NCBI GenBank assembly: GCA_030747695.1
Contig: JASLKG010000004.1
Location: forward strand, 73,184 to 137,183
From: Candidatus Poseidoniaceae archaeon
GTDB taxonomy: Archaea; Thermoplasmatota; Poseidoniia; Poseidoniales; Poseidoniaceae
DNA length: 64,000 bases
Reading direction: 5' to 3'
Every line of letters starts with the position of its first letter. The first letter of the stretch is position 1. A model generated the notes under the pieces. It was not told where the DNA came from, ran no database searches, and was given only the letters and a program-made list of their open reading frames with translations. Positions 19,113-28,985 of the stretch are shown in pieces. Both the position numbers and the translations under genes were made by a program.

Positions 19113-20252
19113 ATGGTAACGTTCAAGTCTGCATCACTACCCACCGAACACGAGGTGCGCAAGTTGGGGCTTGGTAGGAAGAAGAAAGAGGTTGCTAAAT
19201 TACCGCCTGCTCCAGGCTTACCGCCACTGCCTATGCCACCTGCACCAGGCATGCCACTGCCACCTGCACCAGGCCTACCACCTCTGCCAGCACCACCGGC
19301 TCCTAGTGCCCCAATGCCCCCTGCACCAGTTCCAACTCCAGTTGCACTATCTGATTCAAATAAACAGGAAGATTTGAAACCTCCAGTTGAAGCTTTACCT
19401 CCTGCGATTACTACAGAACCTGAGCCGGAACCTGAAGAAGATTCATACTCCGGTCTGTATGCAAGAAAAAGTGGAAAACCACTTCAGCAAGTTTATGGAC
19501 ACATAGAACGCATTGGGACAGGAGAGGTAGGCAGCCTACTAGATCGTTATGCTGACAGATTTGGCCATGAACTAGATAGAGATATCATTGTGATGCGAAA
19601 GGATGAACGTGAGGACAAAATGTCTGAAGTTAGAGACTCTCCAACAGTCGAGTTATTGAATGTTGAAGAAGAAGATGATTCCCATCTTGATGCAGAAACA
19701 CTAGTTGAATTGAACTCTCAATTGAAAAGCGTTGAAGATGAATTGCGGAGACTTAAACCTGAATATCAGGAAGCAAAAGAACAAGGTGATCGTGCAATTC
19801 TTGTTGAATTAAGGCCAACACTTGAAGCTCTTATGAAGGAAAGGAAGATGATTCAGGCAGTCATTGCAGGTGAGGCAACACTTGATGATTTATTGACAGA
19901 TTCTGATGAAGACTCTGAGGATGTTTACGAAGAAAGCGAAACAGAATATGAAGAAGAAATTGTTGAGGAATCTTCCGATGATGATTTATTCCTGTCATTT
20001 GTAACAATTGTTGATAATCTTCTTGGAAGTAATTTGCCCGAAGACAAAATTGATGAATTTATGCAATCTAGTGGATTTGGACTATACCGTGATGTTGGTT
20101 CTGATCCAGAAAATGCTGATGAAGATAGACGTGCTGAATTCTTCAAAGTTGTAGACTCTTTGTTAGGCGGCATGCCTGATGAAGCTGTTTCCGAATTTGT
20201 TGAATCTGCAGATTTCGATATCTATCGGGCTATTGGAGCGATGTACAGTTAG
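19113..20252 (+). CDS. Polyproline-rich, highly acidic coiled-coil protein with a duplicated C-terminal motif; unknown function
   Basis: An approximately 47-aa PPAPG(L/M)PPLP tract, a central coiled-coil-like segment, and two copies of the (F)xxVVDxLLGxxLPxDxxxEFxxSxxFxxYRxxG motif. Confidence 0.7.
   Translation: MVTFKSASLPTEHEVRKLGLGRKKKEVAKLPPAPGLPPLPMPPAPGMPLPPAPGLPPLPAPPAPSAPMPPAPVPTPVALSDSNKQEDLKPPVEALPPAITTEPEPEPEEDSYSGLYARKSGKPLQQVYGHIERIGTGEVGSLLDRYADRFGHELDRDIIVMRKDEREDKMSEVRDSPTVELLNVEEEDDSHLDAETLVELNSQLKSVEDELRRLKPEYQEAKEQGDRAILVELRPTLEALMKERKMIQAVIAGEATLDDLLTDSDEDSEDVYEESETEYEEEIVEESSDDDLFLSFVTIVDNLLGSNLPEDKIDEFMQSSGFGLYRDVGSDPENADEDRRAEFFKVVDSLLGGMPDEAVSEFVESADFDIYRAIGAMYS
19203..19340 (+). 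repeat. In-frame imperfect tandem repeat of Pro/Ala/Gly codons (unit about 24-27 nt, ccacctgcaccaggc core)
   Basis: ccacctgcaccaggcatgccactg is followed by ccacctgcaccaggcctaccacctctg, with a degenerate copy upstream. This is a local GC spike. Confidence 0.8.
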
Positions 20253-20260
20253 GTGAGAAC

Positions 20261-21127
20261 ATGGGACTATTAGATAAAGTTGACAATTTAGAGGAAAAGA
20301 AACCTGCAGCAAAAAAGCCTGCAGCAAAGAAAGCACCTCCGAAAGCGGTGAAAGTTGCGAAACCAAAAGCGGTCAAAGCTGAAATTAATCTAGTAGAAGA
20401 TGAAATCGAACCTATGACGACAAAGACTGTAAAAATTCGTCCAACTGGACTGCCTGAAGGATTTGAACTAGCTGGTAATATGCCAAGATATATTGGATGG
20501 CTATTGAATTTCGGATGGAATTTTGGTGTAGTAATAGGACTACTAGTGATATTGGGTTCTGGAGGAGATCCTGATTTGACAATTGGCTGGGCATTAGCGG
20601 CCATAATGATTCTTTTCAATTGGTTAGTTGTTCCAATCTGGTTAGGGAGAAATATTGGTGAATTCGCATCACGAACCAAATATATTAATTCTGGAGGAAA
20701 TAAGCCAATATTCCTACATGCTGTATTGAATAATAGTCTTGGATTCATGGCACTTACGGGATTAATATTGGTATTCGTTAATATGTCAGAAGCGGGCGAA
20801 AAGTCTGCCATTATTTGGCTCTCTGTTGGAGCGATAATGACCATACTATGGGTTGTTAATTTCTTCTTCAAGAAAAATAGCGACTATAGCCAAGGATTGT
20901 TTGATCTAATATTTTCAGCATATTTGGTAAAGCACATATCAGAAGGAACTGAAACTGGGTGGGCTGCTAAATTTGAAAATCTTGGAGACTTTGGTGACAA
21001 ATGGGCTGCGAAGCAAGCTGAAAGAAAAGAAAAGGCTGCAAAGAAGGCTGAAGAGCGTGCAAAGAAGGCTGCTGAAGCAAAATCAGAAGGTGAAGATGAT
21101 TCCGAAGATGAGTCCAAAGAGGACTGA
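20261..21127 (+). CDS. Membrane protein with Lys/Ala-rich termini, possibly RDD-family
   Basis: AKKPAAKK tails and 3-4 TM segments. WLGRNIGEFASR and GLFDLIFSAYLV weakly resemble RDD motifs. Confidence 0.45.
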   Translation: MGLLDKVDNLEEKKPAAKKPAAKKAPPKAVKVAKPKAVKAEINLVEDEIEPMTTKTVKIRPTGLPEGFELAGNMPRYIGWLLNFGWNFGVVIGLLVILGSGGDPDLTIGWALAAIMILFNWLVVPIWLGRNIGEFASRTKYINSGGNKPIFLHAVLNNSLGFMALTGLILVFVNMSEAGEKSAIIWLSVGAIMTILWVVNFFFKKNSDYSQGLFDLIFSAYLVKHISEGTETGWAAKFENLGDFGDKWAAKQAERKEKAAKKAEERAKKAAEAKSEGEDDSEDESKED

Positions 21128-21130
21128 TTG

Positions 21131-22057
21131 ATGGACAAACGCGTTGCAACATATGACGGGAGTCAAATCCTTGCAATCATATTTCTACTATTCTTCTTTC
21201 AGTTAATCCCATATGGGTATATTTTTTCTATTTTTTGTTTGCTAATTATATCAAAGCAGATTATCCTTCGAATGATATTTCTGGGGCCTCCTAATAGTCG
21301 GCCTACTCTAAACGATCCTAGATGGGAAAAAATTATTGTTGAAAATGATGGTTTCAAAATTGTTACACATCAGAACTGGGTTAAGGGAAATGCTCCGTTG
21401 GTACTGTTCATTCATGGATGGCAATCAGGATCATCAAGATTTGAGAATAGAATGTCTCTATTTATGGAGAGGGGATGTCACACTATAATATTTGATTTGA
21501 GAAGCCATGGTGAAACGGAAAATACACCGGAATGGACCGCTGGGAAAATTATTTCTGATGTGAAGGCGATAATGAGTACATTAGATCAAGACAAAATTAC
21601 ATCTGTTAGCATGTATGGGCATAGCCTAGGCGGCTTCGTATGCATAGGATTGCACAATAAAAAGCATGATGGTTGGTGGATGAATAATTTTGGAACACTA
21701 ATTCTGGAATCACCAATGGTCGCATATTCACCTGTGTTTTTGGAATCAATTTCAATGATTAGTTTCATGGAACCCATCCTAAAAAGATGGGCCCTAAATG
21801 GGTTCAACAAGATACATCAAGATTCACTATCTTGGGATGATATTGATTTTCCACAGTGGGGATTTCCAAAGTGCCCAACCTTGTTATTACAAGCAGCAAA
21901 TGATAACAGGCTAGGCAGGTTCCATTGGGATCTGCTAAATTCATCTGAAATGAATCTAAATAGTCATTTGTTGGAAACTTTATCTCATAGTGTTAATGAG
22001 ATTCATACTGAAAGAGATGATTTAATTATTGAGTGGATTAATAATAACATAAATTGA
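21131..22057 (+). CDS. Alpha/beta hydrolase with an N-terminal membrane anchor
   Basis: LFIHGW oxyanion region and GHSLGG nucleophile elbow. ATG is 3 nt after the upstream stop. Confidence 0.75.
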   Translation: MDKRVATYDGSQILAIIFLLFFFQLIPYGYIFSIFCLLIISKQIILRMIFLGPPNSRPTLNDPRWEKIIVENDGFKIVTHQNWVKGNAPLVLFIHGWQSGSSRFENRMSLFMERGCHTIIFDLRSHGETENTPEWTAGKIISDVKAIMSTLDQDKITSVSMYGHSLGGFVCIGLHNKKHDGWWMNNFGTLILESPMVAYSPVFLESISMISFMEPILKRWALNGFNKIHQDSLSWDDIDFPQWGFPKCPTLLLQAANDNRLGRFHWDLLNSSEMNLNSHLLETLSHSVNEIHTERDDLIIEWINNNIN

Positions 22058-22059
22058 AT

Positions 22060-23136
22060 TCATTCATCTTCACCATTATTTGCCTGTTCCCTTGCAAGTT
22101 CACGCATATCTTCATGTTCATCTAATTCATCAACTATTTCTTCTCCAAGAAGTGTTTCAATGACATCTTCCATAGTAACAATACCTGCAGTGCCCCCGAA
22201 TTCATCAATCACGGCTAAGATTTGCTGTTTTGATTCCAGGAACCTATCTAGTGCTAAATCTACACTATCATCAGTCGAAATAGTTAGTAGGTTTTTTGAT
22301 AATTCAAATAAATTTGTATCCCATTCATCCTTGGAAGCTGCCATTAATATATCTGAACGAAGAACAAAACCATGTAGATTGTCAATCGTTTCATTGTAAA
22401 CTGGCATTCTTCCAAATCTCAATATTTTTGCTTCATCTAGAACCTGCCTTATGGTCCAATCCTTTTCAAATGATAATGTAACTGTTCGTGGAGTCATTAC
22501 ATCCTTTACAGGTATCTCACGTAATCTTAATAGATTATGAATTACAGTTTCTTCGTCTTCTTCCAATGCTCCTTCTTCTTCGCCAATGTCTGCCATTGCA
22601 GCTAATTCGTCGCGTGTTACTGCAGTGGAATCTCCTTTTGGTAATAACCTCTTGAACCAAAGTAGTGGAACAAATAGTGGGGACATTGCCCATGTCATAC
22701 CGTATAACAGGCGTCCGGCTATGCCTGCTAAACTCTTCCAGTATGCTGATCCGATGGTCTTTGGAATTATTTCTGAGAAAAATAATACAGCAAGAGTTAG
22801 TATAACAGATGCTACTGTTAATGATGAATCTCCCCAGATTCTAGATACTTCTGCTCCCACACCAGCTGCACCCATTGTATGCGCTATCGTATTGAGGGTT
22901 AGTATGGCTGTCAATGGTTTAACTGAATCATCTTCCTTTAGAAGATTCCAACGCTTTCCATTAGATTCATCGCCTTTCAATAATAAGTTCACATGAGATG
23001 CTGACATTGATAATAATACAGCTTCCAGCATAGAACAAATGAAGGAAATCCCTAATGCTAGGGAGGCATAAATGATGAGCATTGTGTAGTCTGCCATTGG
23101 GTTCAACGAACTCCTCAGCCAATCGGCCCAATTCAC
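22060..23136 (-). CDS. CNNM/DUF21 transmembrane domain plus CBS-pair protein (CorB/hemolysin-like divalent cation transporter)
   Basis: N-terminal 4 TM DUF21 pattern (SEIIPKTIG) followed by a CBS pair (VKDVMTPR ... GIVTMEDVIE). Confidence 0.8.
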   Translation of the reverse strand: MNWADWLRSSLNPMADYTMLIIYASLALGISFICSMLEAVLLSMSASHVNLLLKGDESNGKRWNLLKEDDSVKPLTAILTLNTIAHTMGAAGVGAEVSRIWGDSSLTVASVILTLAVLFFSEIIPKTIGSAYWKSLAGIAGRLLYGMTWAMSPLFVPLLWFKRLLPKGDSTAVTRDELAAMADIGEEEGALEEDEETVIHNLLRLREIPVKDVMTPRTVTLSFEKDWTIRQVLDEAKILRFGRMPVYNETIDNLHGFVLRSDILMAASKDEWDTNLFELSKNLLTISTDDSVDLALDRFLESKQQILAVIDEFGGTAGIVTMEDVIETLLGEEIVDELDEHEDMRELAREQANNGEDE

Positions 23137-23227
23137 CTGCTGTGCTTTAGGTTCTTGAGCCTTGTTGCAAGAAATTATGCATAGGTCTCATGTAGTGATA
23201 GCCTGTCGAAGAGGTTAGGGGAAGCCA

Positions 23228-25459
23228 ATGAGTGGGCAACATGTTCTAATTTGTGTGGCATGGCCATATGCAAATGGACCTCTACATCTTGGGCATGTTG
23301 CAGGTTGTTACCTACCTCCGGATATTCAATCACGATTTGAGCGTGCATTAGGAAATAAAGTGCTGATGGTATCCGGATCAGATGAGCATGGAACACCAAT
23401 AACTGTAGCTGCTGAAACAAAGGGTGTAGGTCCTCAAGAGATTGTTGACAAATATCATTCAATCAATACAAAGGCACTTATTGATTTAGGATGTTCGTGG
23501 CAACCAAATATTGATCCACGCGGGGCTGATTTTGGCGGTTCTCTTTTCAACCGTACATCCGACCCTGAACATCATAAATACGTTAGTGAGAATTTTATGG
23601 CACTACTTGAAGCTGGATTATTCGAAAGAAAGACTATGCAACAATATTACGAATTACGTGAAGGTGGCGGCAGATTCTTACCTGACCGATATGTTGAGGG
23701 AGATTGCCCTCAGTGTGGCGAAGATGGTGCTAGAGGAGATCAGTGTGACAATTGTGGAGTCACATATGAATCACATGAACTAAAGAATCCACGCTCCAAA
23801 ATGAATCCTGAAGCTGAGATTGAAATTCGTGATACTGAGCATCTATTTTATCGGCTAGACTTATTTCAAAATGTCCTTGAAGAGCATGCTGAACAACGCC
23901 AAAGCGTTTGGAAGTCAAATGTAAGAGCTATGACAAAACAATGGCTAGACATGGGTCTAAGGCCACGTGCAGTTACTCGTGATTTAGATTGGGGGATACC
24001 TTTACCAATGGATGATGACGAATGGAATGGAAAGTGTATATATGTCTGGTTTGAAGCTGTTCAGGGCTACTACTCTTGTGCACGATTGTGGGCGGAAAGA
24101 TATGCTGAAAATACAGATTGGGAAAAATGGTGGAAAATATCTGAAGACGGTACGAAACCTAGACATTTATACTTCCTTGGAAAGGATAATATTCCATTTC
24201 ACACAGTAATTTGGCCAGCACTAATTATGGGAATTAATCATGCAGCAAAGGGCTTGAGTGCAAGTGAAACCCCCACACTACCGGGCCCGGGAGAATTACA
24301 TTTAGAAGATAATGTTCCTGCAATGGAATACTTGATGTTATCTGGCGGACAGTTCTCAAAATCCCGAAAGCATGCAGTTTGGTTGCCTTCATTCCTAGAA
24401 AGATTCGATCCAGATGCTTTGAGGTATTATCTTTCGATAAATATGCCCGAAAATCATGATACTGATTTTAATTGGCCCGACTTCGTTGAAAAAATTAATT
24501 CAGAATTGATCGGAGCATATGGTAATTTTGTACACCGCATACTTACTCTCGGAGTAAGAATTCCCACTGATAAGATGCTCTCTGATTTTGAGAACCTAGA
24601 TTTTTGTTCAGAAGAAATTACGAAACTTGAATCAATTCATTCTCAAGTTACTAACAGTCTTCAACGTCATCGATACAAAGAGGCTTTGCGTGGGGTCATG
24701 AATGCTGCACAACTGGGTAATCAAATGATTCAGAAGGCAACTCCGTGGGTAGCAATTAAGAAGATTAACGAGGGGGAAGATTTCTCTGAAGAAAGCCTTG
24801 CAAAGCTATCATTTGGTTGGAGAATTTCAAGGCTCTTAGCCATAATGGCACAACCATTCTTGCCTTTCAGTTCCCAGCGGCTATGGAATGCATTAGGTGA
24901 AACTGGAGATGTTTCACTAGTACACTGGAACTCTGCGATAGACTGGGGTACTGTAATGAAATGGTCAAATATCCCAGCAGAACCATTGTTTAAACGACTG
25001 GATTTAGAAGAGATTTTAGCAGAGGAAAAAGGATTAGCAGAAGCGAATGATGAATCTGATAATGATCCAACACATGCTGTAAAAGGTGGAAAGAAGAATA
25101 AGGAGGAAAAGAAAATGCCTGAAGGTACAACATATCTCGATTTTGAGAAATTTATGGAAGTTGAACTACGCGTTGGTCGGATAACATCTGTTACTGATCA
25201 TGAAAATGCTGACAAATTATACGTTGTTAATGTCGATGACGGTAGTGAAAATGGAAGAACGATTTGTGCAGGACTCAAGGAGTATTACACAAAGGAAGAA
25301 ATGGTTGGAAAAAATATTGTATTTGTAGCCAATTTACAGCCACGAAAATTACGCGGGATTATGAGTGAAGGAATGATGCTCGCAGCCGATGATGGAAAAG
25401 GAAATGTAAGTTTAATTACAATTGATGGTGATATTTCTACTGGCTCACGTGTTCGTTAA
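23228..25459 (+). CDS. metG: Methionyl-tRNA synthetase with C-terminal Trbp111/EMAPII-like tRNA-binding domain
   Basis: PLHLGH (HIGH), the CPQCG..CDNCG zinc knuckle, QFSKSRKH (KMSKS), and C-terminal VFVANLQPRKLRGIMSEGMML. Confidence 0.95.
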   Translation: MSGQHVLICVAWPYANGPLHLGHVAGCYLPPDIQSRFERALGNKVLMVSGSDEHGTPITVAAETKGVGPQEIVDKYHSINTKALIDLGCSWQPNIDPRGADFGGSLFNRTSDPEHHKYVSENFMALLEAGLFERKTMQQYYELREGGGRFLPDRYVEGDCPQCGEDGARGDQCDNCGVTYESHELKNPRSKMNPEAEIEIRDTEHLFYRLDLFQNVLEEHAEQRQSVWKSNVRAMTKQWLDMGLRPRAVTRDLDWGIPLPMDDDEWNGKCIYVWFEAVQGYYSCARLWAERYAENTDWEKWWKISEDGTKPRHLYFLGKDNIPFHTVIWPALIMGINHAAKGLSASETPTLPGPGELHLEDNVPAMEYLMLSGGQFSKSRKHAVWLPSFLERFDPDALRYYLSINMPENHDTDFNWPDFVEKINSELIGAYGNFVHRILTLGVRIPTDKMLSDFENLDFCSEEITKLESIHSQVTNSLQRHRYKEALRGVMNAAQLGNQMIQKATPWVAIKKINEGEDFSEESLAKLSFGWRISRLLAIMAQPFLPFSSQRLWNALGETGDVSLVHWNSAIDWGTVMKWSNIPAEPLFKRLDLEEILAEEKGLAEANDESDNDPTHAVKGGKKNKEEKKMPEGTTYLDFEKFMEVELRVGRITSVTDHENADKLYVVNVDDGSENGRTICAGLKEYYTKEEMVGKNIVFVANLQPRKLRGIMSEGMMLAADDGKGNVSLITIDGDISTGSRVR

Positions 25460-26094
25460 TCATTTGACATTCGATCTCTAACTGAATCCATAACTTGCCT
25501 AGATAATTCCCTAGATCTTTCCTTAACTTCCGGAATTTTATTACGTATTTCTACACCAAAATCATCAGGTAAACTTTGTAAATTTATTTCAACGTTAAAC
25601 AATGCACCTTTACAAGCAGCGCTTGCTAATAATCCTGCTACACCTACATCTGAAACTGCATTTGCGTTGCCCTTCATAGCTAATTCTGGTAATAACTCTA
25701 AAATTTCTAGTCCATTAAGTGCAGTTTCAAAAGGAACTTCTGCCGCATGAAGTGTTGATTTACGAATTTGTTCCAATCTACTCTTTTTTTCTGTCTCATC
25801 GCCTTTTGGCAACCTGTAAGCATCCATTACTAAATCAAATGAGTTGCTATCTTCATCTGCCAATTCAGAAGCACGAGACATTACTCTAATTGATGATAAT
25901 ACTGCTTTTTCTGCAGCATCCCATCCCTCAGACCATTTTTCCTTGCCTATCGTGAGGTCTGAAACCATTATTGTTAGTGCGGCAGCTTGACCTAATGAGA
26001 TTGCTGCCGCAGTACCTCCTCCTGGAGTGGGGGATGAAGATGCTAATGCTGCCTGAAATTCTCTAATACTCATTTCTGCCCAAGGTTTTTTCAT
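25456..26094 (-). CDS. Formiminotetrahydrofolate cyclodeaminase
   Basis: SPTPGGGTAAAISLGQAAAL motif of the cyclodeaminase/cyclohydrolase family. ATG is 2 nt after the formiminotransferase stop and preceded by AGGAGGA. Confidence 0.85.
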   Translation of the reverse strand: MKKPWAEMSIREFQAALASSSPTPGGGTAAAISLGQAAALTIMVSDLTIGKEKWSEGWDAAEKAVLSSIRVMSRASELADEDSNSFDLVMDAYRLPKGDETEKKSRLEQIRKSTLHAAEVPFETALNGLEILELLPELAMKGNANAVSDVGVAGLLASAACKGALFNVEINLQSLPDDFGVEIRNKIPEVKERSRELSRQVMDSVRDRMSND

Positions 26095-26096
26095 TA

Positions 26097-27122
26097 TTAT
26101 TCCTCCTTTTCTAATGCCCATTCAATAATTCTTTCATGAGGATCGAATGGTGAAAGAAATGAGAGACCCAAACCCTCAATTGCTGCACTAACTAATTCAT
26201 CCTCTGAACTGCAATCATCTTTAGCATACCATTTTCCTGCCTCTAGAATTGCATCAAGAGGCACCAAACCAACTAATTCAGAACCACAGGTTTCAACACC
26301 GTGATCATTTGCAATTGATTTTACCGCTTCAAATGCTATATGCATTGGAGTTACTGACACGTCACGTAAATTCATTGAAACCTGACTAATTCCATGTACT
26401 TCCAAGGGCAATCCCATTCCTTGAACCATAGATAGCATTCCGGGAATTCGAGTTCTCCTTCCATCTTCGTGTTTTAGTAATCTACCTGATTGACGAACTA
26501 GTGATCCTGCCTTCTTTGCAGCAACTGCATCCTTTTCATCAAGGTTAACATTGTATGCAACTAAAATTCTCCTGGATCCGATAACAACAGCTCCAAATTT
26601 TGCAACATTTTCATTCCATTGTTTTGGACCTAGATCTGGAAGAAATGGCCCACCGTCGTCCAATCTTTTTTTCAGACCTTCATATTGGCCCTTTCTCAAA
26701 TCTGACAGTAATTCTCTGTCCGGAGAACTAGCAGCAGAACCGTATAAAAATGTACACAAATCTAGCTCATCTGCTACTCTTTTTGCCAAATTTTTTGCTA
26801 GTTCAGAACATTCTTCCATTGTAATTCCTTTGAGCGGCACAAAGGGGCATACGTCTACTGCACCAATTCTTGGGTGTTCACCCTCATGTGTACGCATGTC
26901 AATATGCTGATATGCAGCTGAAATTACATTAAATGCAGCTTCACTTACTGCACTTGGATTACCGGCTATTGTTAAAACAGTGCGATTGTAATCTGGATCT
27001 GGCTCTATTCCCAACACTCTAGCTCCATCAATACCTCTTCCTGCATTACAAATTGCCTCAATGATATTTGTATCACGGCCCTCCGAAAAATTCGGAACAC
27101 ACTCTACAATTTGCTTTCCCAT
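26097..27122 (-). CDS. Glutamate formiminotransferase
   Basis: ECVPNFSEGRD N-terminal signature, plus NRTV and HPRIGAVDVCPFVPL. Confidence 0.88.
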   Translation of the reverse strand: MGKQIVECVPNFSEGRDTNIIEAICNAGRGIDGARVLGIEPDPDYNRTVLTIAGNPSAVSEAAFNVISAAYQHIDMRTHEGEHPRIGAVDVCPFVPLKGITMEECSELAKNLAKRVADELDLCTFLYGSAASSPDRELLSDLRKGQYEGLKKRLDDGGPFLPDLGPKQWNENVAKFGAVVIGSRRILVAYNVNLDEKDAVAAKKAGSLVRQSGRLLKHEDGRRTRIPGMLSMVQGMGLPLEVHGISQVSMNLRDVSVTPMHIAFEAVKSIANDHGVETCGSELVGLVPLDAILEAGKWYAKDDCSSEDELVSAAIEGLGLSFLSPFDPHERIIEWALEKEE

Positions 27123-27159
27123 AATGTAAAGGTTTTAGCGACGACTGATGAATATTTAC

Positions 27160-28380
27160 CTAACCATAGAGCGCATCCGGGGTAGATGTTAGGCCATTTG
27201 ATTCTCGCTTTTTCTTAATTCTTTCAATGGCACTGATTACATCGGATTGATTTACCTTAGATTTATCCCCTCTGATTGCAATCATTCCAGATTCAACAGT
27301 CACTGCTTTTAATTCAGCACCACTGAATCCTTCGGTAGATTCTACAATTTTACCAATATTTAATTTCGTCGTAGACATCTTACTAAAATGGATTTCGAGA
27401 ATTTGTTTGCGACCTTTCTCATCTGGTAATGGTATTTCAATAACTCTGTCAAACCGACCAGGCCTCAATAGCGCATCATCCAATATATCTGGTCGGTTTG
27501 TTGCTGCAATTATTTTTACATCTTCTAGTGCATCGAACCCGTCTAATTCTGCAAGAAGTTGCATCAACGTACGTTGGACTTCTCTGTCACCACTTGTCGC
27601 TGAATCAAGTCTTTTTGCACCGATTGCATCAATTTCATCTAAGAATATTATTGAAGGTGATTTATCTTTAGCAAGCGAGAATAGTTCACGTACCATTCTA
27701 CCCCCTTCTCCAATATATTTTTGTGCTAATTCAGAACCAACCATCCTGATAAATGATGCATTTGTATGATTAGCTACAGCCTTTGCTAGCATTGTTTTAC
27801 CACACCCTGGTGGACCAACCAGCAAAACACCCTTCGGTGGTTTTATTCCAACTCTCTTGAATAATTCGGGCTTTTCAAGTGGCAACTCAATAGCTTCTCT
27901 CACTTGTGTAACTTGCTCGTCTAAGCCCCCAACTGTATCGTACGAAACCTCAGGCTTGTCGAATATCTCAGCGCCGCTTACCATTGGATCCCATGCATCA
28001 TGTAAGATTTGTATTATCGCTAAGGTGTCTTGATTTAATGCAACTCTTGTTCCTGGTCGTAATTTTTCTTTGTCTAATCTTTGATTAATGGAAACCTGGA
28101 ATACTGTACCATTAGATGATCGCACTATCCCGCGCTCGTTATCTAAAACATCCTGAATATGTCCAATGATCAGTGGTGGACTTTTGAGAATTCTAACCTC
28201 TTCATCTAAACGATTTGCACGTTTCTTAATTTTCGCAATATCATTTTCAAGATGAACGCGTTCTGAAAGTAATCTCTGTGCCTGATCTTGTAATTTTTTG
28301 TAATCCGATTCCAATGACTTAAAATCGGCATCATCTCCGATTTGCATAGACTTGTCAGCCCTGTCAACTTCGGTGGACAT
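27160..28380 (-). CDS. pan: Proteasome-activating nucleotidase PAN (AAA+ Rpt-like ATPase)
   Basis: N-terminal coiled coil, OB region, GPPGCGKT Walker A, IIFLDEIDA Walker B, and C-terminal LYG (HbYX). Confidence 0.93.
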   Translation of the reverse strand: MSTEVDRADKSMQIGDDADFKSLESDYKKLQDQAQRLLSERVHLENDIAKIKKRANRLDEEVRILKSPPLIIGHIQDVLDNERGIVRSSNGTVFQVSINQRLDKEKLRPGTRVALNQDTLAIIQILHDAWDPMVSGAEIFDKPEVSYDTVGGLDEQVTQVREAIELPLEKPELFKRVGIKPPKGVLLVGPPGCGKTMLAKAVANHTNASFIRMVGSELAQKYIGEGGRMVRELFSLAKDKSPSIIFLDEIDAIGAKRLDSATSGDREVQRTLMQLLAELDGFDALEDVKIIAATNRPDILDDALLRPGRFDRVIEIPLPDEKGRKQILEIHFSKMSTTKLNIGKIVESTEGFSGAELKAVTVESGMIAIRGDKSKVNQSDVISAIERIKKKRESNGLTSTPDALYG

Positions 28381-28483
28381 GTTTGCCCCTCTAATCCTTC
28401 CTTCAATAACTCATCGTGAATCAGAGTGTTCATTTATTGATTCCAAAGCATTATTGCACCTTCCACTTAACGGACAGTTAGGG

Positions 28484-28981
28484 ATGAAGATGGGTGATTG
28501 CGAACTTTGTGGTGCCATGAAGGTAGGCACCCAGTCAGTATTAATGGGTAGAGCCGAGGTTCAATCCTGCAAAAGATGTGTAGAAAAGTTAGGACTTTCA
28601 GAGAAAAAAGTGGCACCAGGATTGCAAAGAGCAATGCAAGGAAATAGTGCTAAAACTAATAATTCTGGGAAAAAAGGTAAAAATATAATGCTAAGAGGGG
28701 AAAAGGAATTATCTCCAGATTTTGCAAAGATTGTCACAAAGGCTCGTGAATTACGCGGGTGGGACAAACGCGAATTAGCGAAGCGAACTGCTGAAAAATT
28801 TAACATAATTCAATCGTTAGAATCAGGTAAAAGACCAACAGATTCGGTCATTAGAAAATTAGAACGCACTTTGGATATAGTTCTAATGGTAGATATCAGG
28901 CCTGATGAAAATCGTCAAATAAACTCTGGGAATATACGTGGTATGACACTTGGAGATTTCCTACTAGGGGATAAGGATTGA
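28484..28981 (+). CDS. Archaeal multiprotein bridging factor 1 (aMBF1; zinc ribbon plus HTH)
   Basis: CELCG...CKRC zinc ribbon, followed by a Cro/C1-type HTH (RGWDKRELAKRTAEKFNIIQSLESGKR). Confidence 0.85.
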   Translation: MKMGDCELCGAMKVGTQSVLMGRAEVQSCKRCVEKLGLSEKKVAPGLQRAMQGNSAKTNNSGKKGKNIMLRGEKELSPDFAKIVTKARELRGWDKRELAKRTAEKFNIIQSLESGKRPTDSVIRKLERTLDIVLMVDIRPDENRQINSGNIRGMTLGDFLLGDKD

Positions 28982-28985
28982 TAAT

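Noticed and set aside
17846-28380. Inteins in PriS, MetRS or PAN.
   Set aside because: The protein lengths are normal for their families, and the catalytic motifs are contiguous with no inserted Hint or endonuclease blocks.
28352-28483. N-terminal 44-aa extension of the aMBF1 ORF that overlaps the PAN start on the other strand.
   Set aside because: The canonical aMBF1 begins at the zinc ribbon (MKMGDCELCG). The extension would remove the divergent promoter region shared with pan.
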